Below, piece after piece: positions 7,158 through 13,646 of a DNA stretch of 64,000 nt (the first letter of the stretch is position 1; every line of letters begins with the position of its first letter). This DNA is from a virus. Its lineage: Duplodnaviria; Caudoviricetes. Below the pieces are notes generated by a model that ran no database searches, had not been told where the DNA came from, and saw nothing but the letters and a program-made list of their open reading frames with translations. The position numbers and the translations under genes are program-made. The stretch covers positions 62,029 to 126,028 of IMG/VR virus record IMGVR_UViG_3300021387_000072, one strand, 5' to 3'.

Positions 7158-8570
7158 ATGCCGTTTTCAAAAGAAGTAAGATATAGCAAAATACTCGAAG
7201 ACTGGGCAGAAGTGCCTAACATTGAGTATATCAACAGAAACGATCATATGGCAGATAAAACGTTTCTGATCACAGCGAAACTGATTGCAAGACCCCGTAT
7301 GAAAGAAGATGAAGATGTTCTTTCTATCTACAATTTTGGATATGAACATGAAGGTAGCTTTATCAATCATATTGAAACGCTTACCACTAATATGATGAAC
7401 TGCTCGAAAATCATCTTCTTTGAAATTGAAAATGAATCCATAGAGGCATATGTGCCGCCTGAAGGATGCGATGAACTTGAAGATATTGAGTTCTACCTGA
7501 ATACTCAGTCCATAGCATCAAAGAAAAACAGGTTGAGGATATTCGTTAACAATAGCAAAAGATACACAATTGTAATTCAGAATACAATATATGCAGAAAA
7601 TATGCATATATTCTCCGGATACATTGCAAGACTTTTGCCTTGGCTTTTCGAAGACAAGCCTCTTGATAACCTTGAGAAAGAATACCTCAATGCTCTTGGC
7701 GGTGATAGCGTCTCATATTATATTGAGAAACTTGAAAAACTAATCAACAGAGACAACTACTTCTATAAGATGTATCTCAACGCATCACTTAAGGATTTCA
7801 ATAAAGTAGTCAAGGATCTGCAGAAAAAGAAAGTTACCGAACAGATCAGAAGATTAAACGAAGAAATTGAAAAGAATAAACAGGCTCTTGTTTCCATGTA
7901 TCATTCCAAGAATGAACTGAACTTTAAGTACTCGGCGATCAACAGCAGCAATCCTGAAGGAAATGCGTTGCTTGAGTATTTCTGTAATGACAATACGCTC
8001 AAACTTGATAATATTGATGTCAGTGCCGGTGCTATTCAGTTCAAGGTGCTTTCTACTCTGTCTCAGTGGGATGATGAAGTACTTGAAACCATGATCAATG
8101 ATGAGTGGTCTATCATCAATGGGGATTCGCCTGAATGGGATCCTGATGATTTGACTCCAGAAGCCAGGAATTATACTGAAGAAGAGTATAGAAGAGAATT
8201 CTTCAATATGCTTCTGCGGAATGAAATCAAGATCAGGGTTTCCGCACTGTATACATTGTATATCAATGATTATATAGTACGCGGCAGTGACGGAGCCACT
8301 GAAACATATATTGGTAATCCTCATCTCAAATTCTATAACTGTCTTGGGGAATACGAATATAAGATCAATGAATGCCTCAGCCAGAACAGGGTTATAGATG
8401 CAATACAGCTCTGTCAGATGTCGGCAAGTTCTATCAATGTAGCAGAGAATGCAACAATGAACAGATTCATTGAAGATATTTTCAACAATTCTGTTGAGAA
8501 TAAGATCATTGAATACAAAGGCGAAATTATCTCTCCCGCAGAACTTACGAATTATATGAACATTGATTAA
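7158..8570 (+). CDS. Coiled-coil protein with putative C-terminal prokaryotic E2-like domain
   Basis: GNPHLKFYNCLG resembles the E2 xPH...C(LG) active-site signature; operon context with JAB and E1. Confidence 0.5.
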   Translation: MPFSKEVRYSKILEDWAEVPNIEYINRNDHMADKTFLITAKLIARPRMKEDEDVLSIYNFGYEHEGSFINHIETLTTNMMNCSKIIFFEIENESIEAYVPPEGCDELEDIEFYLNTQSIASKKNRLRIFVNNSKRYTIVIQNTIYAENMHIFSGYIARLLPWLFEDKPLDNLEKEYLNALGGDSVSYYIEKLEKLINRDNYFYKMYLNASLKDFNKVVKDLQKKKVTEQIRRLNEEIEKNKQALVSMYHSKNELNFKYSAINSSNPEGNALLEYFCNDNTLKLDNIDVSAGAIQFKVLSTLSQWDDEVLETMINDEWSIINGDSPEWDPDDLTPEARNYTEEEYRREFFNMLLRNEIKIRVSALYTLYINDYIVRGSDGATETYIGNPHLKFYNCLGEYEYKINECLSQNRVIDAIQLCQMSASSINVAENATMNRFIEDIFNNSVENKIIEYKGEIISPAELTNYMNID

Positions 8571-8641
8571 ACAACAGACCGCATAAGGACATTGCATATC
8601 CAAAAGCAATGTCCTTATGCATACAGAGTGAGGAATATGAA

Positions 8642-9622
8642 ATGCAGAAGAAATTAAGGCACTTCACACATACTGATCTCGATGGTGTAAGCTGTTCCGC
8701 TATCGCAAAACTCTATGTAATAGTAGAAAAAATGATGGAATACTCTCCTGAAGACTACACAGACGTAACCAAGGCAGAGTATGAAGCGGAATATATGGAG
8801 TATTTTACCATTAATGAAAAAGTAAATAGATGGATTGATGAAAGACGGTATGAATCCGAAAATCTGCTGATCACAGACATCTCGATCAATGAAGAAACCG
8901 CTGAAAGACTGGATCAAATTATCAAAGAAGACTCAAATCGCAAGATCGTCCTGCTTGATCATCATCAGACTGCGGAATTCCTGAACAAGTATGACTGGGC
9001 CACAGTCGAAGTAAGTGATGATACATGCGGAACCAAGCTCACTAAGGAATATCTGTTCAATGAAGGTGTTCCGGTGCTTGAATCATTCGTTCATGCGGTA
9101 ACTCAGTATGACAACTACAAGCATGATAAAGACTATCTCAGTCTGCCAAAGATCCTGAATCATCTCTGCTATCTGGTAGACCACGAAATGTTCATGGATA
9201 TCGTGGATGATATTCTGATCATGCAGGATCGCGACGAATTCTCTATCGACAATAAGATACTTTACAATGCCATTGAGAACAAGGAAACAAAGAACAATCT
9301 TTATGCCGAAAGAAAGGCAAATGAAGTCATTATCGTGAAAGACGGTGACTACAATGTCGGCGTGGTATTTGCTGAAAATAATCTTTCACTTGTCGGCAAT
9401 AAGATTATTGAAAACTATTGCGGTGCAATCGACTACGCCGCAATCATCAACATGAGCAACAAGACAGTACATCTCAGAGGCGGTGACAGATCGCCGAATC
9501 TCGGCCTTGAAATTGCAAAGCCAAGAGGCGGTGGCGGTCATGCTAAAGCAGCTTCCTACAGAATTGATATGAATGATGAATTCACTACTACACTCATCAA
9601 TAGACTGCTCAAAGGAGAATAA
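8642..9622 (+). CDS. DHH/DHHA1 family phosphoesterase
   Basis: HTDLDG, ITDIS, LLDHH, GGGGHAKAA motifs. Confidence 0.92.
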   Translation: MQKKLRHFTHTDLDGVSCSAIAKLYVIVEKMMEYSPEDYTDVTKAEYEAEYMEYFTINEKVNRWIDERRYESENLLITDISINEETAERLDQIIKEDSNRKIVLLDHHQTAEFLNKYDWATVEVSDDTCGTKLTKEYLFNEGVPVLESFVHAVTQYDNYKHDKDYLSLPKILNHLCYLVDHEMFMDIVDDILIMQDRDEFSIDNKILYNAIENKETKNNLYAERKANEVIIVKDGDYNVGVVFAENNLSLVGNKIIENYCGAIDYAAIINMSNKTVHLRGGDRSPNLGLEIAKPRGGGGHAKAASYRIDMNDEFTTTLINRLLKGE

Positions 9623-9624
9623 TT

Positions 9625-10455
9625 ATGTGTCCGTTTAAAATGACAAAAGATCTTTATGATCAGGTTATTTCTGAGATTTCTTCCAAGCTTCTGAATATGA
9701 AGATGGCAGATGGAAGAATCTCTTATGAACTCAAACTCAAAAAGGATACCGAAGGACCTTCGATTGGTATCATCTTCTCTATGCAGGCATATATCAAAAT
9801 GACTGCACTGATCAATGTATACGAAACAGAAGTAGGCTGGAGGGGCCTGGTACAGAAAATCGATGATAAGAACTATTATATCTATGATATTCTGATGTAC
9901 CCCCAATATATTACAGCCACGACAGTGACAACCAAGGAAGAAGAATACAACGATTGGATGGACAAGCTGGATGATGAAAGCTTCCAGGATCTTCGTTTCT
10001 ATGGTCATTCCCATGTGAATATGGGTACTGAACCATCCGCTGTTGATATGGATGAAAGACAGAGGATCGTCGATCAGATGAACGATGAAGACTTTGTTCT
10101 CTTCGGCATCTTCAACAAGCGTGGTGACTTCAACTTCACACTGTATGATTCCAAGACTGGTATGATGTATGACAGGCATGACATCTTCTATTATGTCGAA
10201 CTTGAAGATGGCAATTCTCTGCATCTCTTCCTTGAAGACGCTCTCAAGTATACCAAGAAGGAAGAAAAGAAGCCTGAAGCACTCCGTGTCATGGGTGACA
10301 GCAAAAGCAAAAAGAAAAAAGACAAAAGTGAAAAGAAATCCTACTATAACGGATATTATTACGAAGACTCTGATGATGATTACGAAGTTGACTACAAATA
10401 TACACAACATGAATACGGATATGATAAAGGAACTGGCTATTCATATCCCTTCTAA
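9625..10455 (+). CDS. JAB/MPN+ metalloprotease (deubiquitinase-like)
   Basis: EVGW ... GHSHVNMGTEPSAVD matches the E...HxH-x7-S-xx-D JAMM motif. Confidence 0.88.
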   Translation: MCPFKMTKDLYDQVISEISSKLLNMKMADGRISYELKLKKDTEGPSIGIIFSMQAYIKMTALINVYETEVGWRGLVQKIDDKNYYIYDILMYPQYITATTVTTKEEEYNDWMDKLDDESFQDLRFYGHSHVNMGTEPSAVDMDERQRIVDQMNDEDFVLFGIFNKRGDFNFTLYDSKTGMMYDRHDIFYYVELEDGNSLHLFLEDALKYTKKEEKKPEALRVMGDSKSKKKKDKSEKKSYYNGYYYEDSDDDYEVDYKYTQHEYGYDKGTGYSYPF

Positions 10456-10466
10456 GGAGAAATGAC

Positions 10467-11141
10467 ATGAATATCGTAAAGTCTTACAGCTTTTTCCAGC
10501 CTGAAACACTGAATGAACGCATTCATATCATCGGCTGTGGTGCTATCGGCTCCACAGTCGCTGAGAATCTTGTGAGATTCGGCATACAGAAAATTTCTCT
10601 GTATGACTTTGATACGGTAGATGATCATAATATCGCAAATCAGATTTATACCATGGATGACATCGGCAAGAATAAGATTGACGCTCTTGCCGACCATCTT
10701 ATGAGTATCAATCATGATCTGAAGCAACCCGGCACTATCAAACTTGTGCCGGGTTACTTCAATCAGAGACTGAGCGGTTATGTGATCCTTGCCGTGGATA
10801 ACATTGATCTGAGAAGACAGATTGTTGAAGCAAACTATAACAATCTGAATATCAAGGCAATGTTTGACTACAGACTGCGCCTTGTTGATGCACAGCATTA
10901 TGCGGCAGACTGGTCCAAAGACAGTGACAAAGAAAATTTCCTTGCCTCCATGCAGTTTACACATGAGGAAGCTATGGCAAATACACCTGTAAGCGCATGC
11001 AATATGACGCTTTCCGTATGTCCAACAGTAAGAGCAATCTGCGCTCTTGGCGTAGCCAATATGATCAACTTCATTAAAGACAGTACATTGAAAAATATTA
11101 TACTACTCAATGCATTTGATTTCACGATTGATACATACTAA
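10467..11141 (+). CDS. ThiF/E1-like adenylyltransferase
   Basis: IIGCGAIGS, DFDTVDDHNIANQ, GKNKIDAL, LAVDN..R, C-terminal SAC cysteine. Confidence 0.92.
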   Translation: MNIVKSYSFFQPETLNERIHIIGCGAIGSTVAENLVRFGIQKISLYDFDTVDDHNIANQIYTMDDIGKNKIDALADHLMSINHDLKQPGTIKLVPGYFNQRLSGYVILAVDNIDLRRQIVEANYNNLNIKAMFDYRLRLVDAQHYAADWSKDSDKENFLASMQFTHEEAMANTPVSACNMTLSVCPTVRAICALGVANMINFIKDSTLKNIILLNAFDFTIDTY

Positions 11142-11153
11142 TGAGGTAATGAC

Positions 11154-12329
11154 ATGCCATACATTACACGAAAAATCAAACTTTACAGAAAGGGTAAGAA
11201 CTTGCCGTCATATGCCGATCTCATTGACGGCAAGTTTGATCTTTCAAAGACCACACCTACTACGTATAGATTTCTTCCGACTACATATACCAGATGGTCC
11301 GAATATAAAATAGATGGACCACAGAGCGAGGTATATAACAGAAAGAAGTTTGCAGAAAGAATAGACAGATTATTCTATTCTGTCTACGGTAAATACGTTG
11401 ATACGGATGACTGTATGATCGGCATTCAAGATTATAATAATTATTTGATTCCAAAGAAGTCAGGCGGTCAGAGAGTTATCAGTGAACCGAATTCAGATCT
11501 CAAAAGAAAACAGTATGAAATTATTAACCTTTTCAATTATATTGCAAGGCATCATGAGACCAAACTGTATCATGCTGCAGCATATGCGTATATTGAAGAC
11601 AGAAGCATTGTCAATTGTCTGAACAAACATAAGGCAAATGAATCCAACTGGTTCCTTAAGCTCGATATCAAAGACTGCTTTGGTTCAACAAATTATAATA
11701 TGGTTGTTGAGCAGTTATCCAAGATTTATCCGTTCAATGATATTCTGAATCCTTACCAGTCTTATTACTATTCGTTCACAAGGAATCATTTCAAGCAGGT
11801 TTTAAAGGTATGCTTCCTCAGTGACAGCCTGCCTCAGGGTGCTCCTACAAGTCCAATGCTTCTTAACCTGATGATGATTCCGTTTGATTACGAGCTTGCA
11901 AAACAGCTTAACAGCAAAGGTTTCGTCTATACCAGATATGCCGATGATATTATTATCAGCCATAAGTATAAGTTTGATTTCAGGGAAATCACAAATATCG
12001 TTGAAGAGACTTTCCGGAAGAATAACTATACTTATATAATCAATAAGGATAAGATTCGGTATGGATCTAGAGCTGGAAGAAACTGGAATCTCGGGCTTAT
12101 GCTGAATAAGGATAATCAGATTACCATTGGCTGGAGAAAGAAGAAAGAATTCAAAGCCTTGCTGACAAAAGTCTGCTTTGAAAAAATATTGTCATGCAGT
12201 GAAATTAATAAAATCAATGGGCTTATTTCGTATTACAAAATGATTGACAAGCCTTATACAGAATATATAATTGATCATATTGGTTCAAAATTCAAAGTGG
12301 ATTTGCACGAAAAATTAAGGGTGGTGTAA
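11154..12329 (+). CDS. Retron-type reverse transcriptase
   Basis: IPKKSGGQRVI, SIVNCLNKH (region-X-like), KLDIKDCF, LPQGAPTSP, YTRYADD, NLGL at the VTG position; no maturase or endonuclease domain. Confidence 0.9.
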   Translation: MPYITRKIKLYRKGKNLPSYADLIDGKFDLSKTTPTTYRFLPTTYTRWSEYKIDGPQSEVYNRKKFAERIDRLFYSVYGKYVDTDDCMIGIQDYNNYLIPKKSGGQRVISEPNSDLKRKQYEIINLFNYIARHHETKLYHAAAYAYIEDRSIVNCLNKHKANESNWFLKLDIKDCFGSTNYNMVVEQLSKIYPFNDILNPYQSYYYSFTRNHFKQVLKVCFLSDSLPQGAPTSPMLLNLMMIPFDYELAKQLNSKGFVYTRYADDIIISHKYKFDFREITNIVEETFRKNNYTYIINKDKIRYGSRAGRNWNLGLMLNKDNQITIGWRKKKEFKALLTKVCFEKILSCSEINKINGLISYYKMIDKPYTEYIIDHIGSKFKVDLHEKLRVV

Positions 12330-12331
12330 GT

Positions 12332-12814
12332 ATGGAAAAGGAAGTACTGGAAAGAATTACAAAGATCTTCTTCAAAAACAATGAATTTATCAATGTTACA
12401 GATGAAGTAATTGCAAAAGGTAAGCCGTATCTTAATTCTTTAAAAAGTCTTCTTCCGCATTATCCAAGTTTGAATGCAATGGAATATAATGAAAAATTAG
12501 TATCTGATGTAAGCAGGATGCTGAATCAAGATGCATCATATCTCATGAGAAAATATCTTAACGAAAATATAAAATTCAGAATTACAAGAATTAATACTGA
12601 TATTGTTCCGGATAAATATCTTACGATATATGATGTACAGTGTCAGAACGCATATAGACTTATGGAACTTGAAGAAGATGTAAGATATGAAGAACTGAAA
12701 GATGATACAAGATATTATTGGATCAGTTTTGAAAACAGACCATTGAATCAGAATGAAAAAATATTGGAAATTGTACCTAAATGGTGGAAAGATGTAAAAT
12801 TCTGGAAAGAATAA
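12332..12814 (+). CDS. Hypothetical protein, 160 aa (candidate retron accessory/effector)
   Basis: Starts 2 nt after the RT stop and directly precedes the ncRNA array. Confidence 0.7.
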   Translation: MEKEVLERITKIFFKNNEFINVTDEVIAKGKPYLNSLKSLLPHYPSLNAMEYNEKLVSDVSRMLNQDASYLMRKYLNENIKFRITRINTDIVPDKYLTIYDVQCQNAYRLMELEEDVRYEELKDDTRYYWISFENRPLNQNEKILEIVPKWWKDVKFWKE

Positions 12815-12975
12815 TAAATTGATTTCAAAGTATACTATCGAAAGATAGAGTTCTTGGTTTTATCAGAACTTTCAAATTATGAGGATTCTCCTGGGAGCGT
12901 CCGCAGCTCGCCGCAAGCGGCGAGCTGCTCATCTCCCAGGATTGAAAGATATAAATAAGTTTGAATCAATTTATT
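12813..12975 (+). ncRNA. Retron msr-msd-like RNA, unit 1
   Basis: Terminal inverted repeat aataaattgatttcaaa / tttgaatcaatttatt, G at 12830, ctatc-gaaa-gatag stem, TGGTTTTATC hairpin, GC hairpin 12889-12941. Confidence 0.75.
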
Positions 12976-12977
12976 TA

Positions 12978-13150
12978 TGTATTTGTGATATCAAGTTATT
13001 GAATGACTGCTTACAGATCATTACCTTTTTGGTTTTATCAGAAGGAATACAGTATAAGCCGATATGGACAAGCGCGCCCTATTTCAGGCTACCGCCTGAA
13101 GCCGGGCGCGCTTTCCTAGAAGAAATAAATTAGTTGATGTAGCAAATACA
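12978..13150 (+). ncRNA. Retron msr-msd-like RNA, unit 2
   Basis: Inverted repeat tgtatttgtgatatcaa / ttgatgtagcaaataca, G at 12995, conserved hairpins, GC hairpin 13070-13113. Confidence 0.8.
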
Positions 13151-13156
13151 AATTCA

Positions 13157-13295
13157 TTATTCTATCAAGTTATTGAATGCAACAGCATTATCTTTCTGGT
13201 TTTATCGAAAGAATGAGAACGTTTGGTCTACGCAGCCCGCCTCCCCAGGGTTAGGCGGGCTGCGTTGGGAAGAAATAAATTAGTTGATAGAATAA
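13157..13295 (+). ncRNA. Retron msr-msd-like RNA, unit 3
   Basis: Perfect 12-bp inverted repeat ttattctatcaa / ttgatagaataa, G at 13169, GC hairpin 13230-13265. Confidence 0.8.
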
Positions 13296-13317
13296 AGGTT
13301 ATCAATACTATGGTTTT

Positions 13318-13564
13318 ATAAATGTTTGATTATCAAGATATTGAATGACTATTGGACATCATGAAACCTGAAAAAAGGACACATGCAAGTTAAGGGAAAT
13401 GATCCCTAAAGTCCGTATTTAAGTTTCAGGGTATTGTTGTTACGTCATTATCTTCCTGGTTTTATCGGAAGAGATTAAGAAGTAAGTGGTGCGGATCCGT
13501 CTACGCGGCGCGATGACGGATCCGCATGATAAGAAATAAATTAGTTGATAAAACAAACATTTAT
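13318..13564 (+). ncRNA. Retron msr-msd-like RNA, unit 4 (with ~90-nt insert in the first stem-loop)
   Basis: Inverted repeat ataaatgtttgattatcaa / ttgataaaacaaacatttat, G at 13337, GC hairpin 13490-13526. Confidence 0.8.
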
Positions 13565-13611
13565 CAACGATTAAAAACCATAGGAATGACAAGTAAAAAC
13601 AATTCGGAAAA

Positions 13612-13646
13612 TTTCTCCTCATTCGAGAATTGCTATAATGGGAGAA
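13612..13646 (+). promoter_or_regulatory. Conserved 35-bp upstream element, copy 2, containing TATAAT
   Basis: tttctcctcattcgagaattgctataatgggagaa; matches 587-621. Confidence 0.7.

Noticed and set aside
11154-12329. RT as a DGR or group II intron RT
   Set aside because: It has QGAPTSP and region-X-like motifs of retron type, no maturase domain and no recognisable Avd. I found no template repeat matching the C-terminus of the 2409-aa protein (checked by eye only).
12813-13564. CRISPR array reading of the repeats after the RT
   Set aside because: Units are 140-250 nt with several separate conserved blocks and self-complementary variable parts. There is no constant repeat-spacer period and no cas1/cas2.
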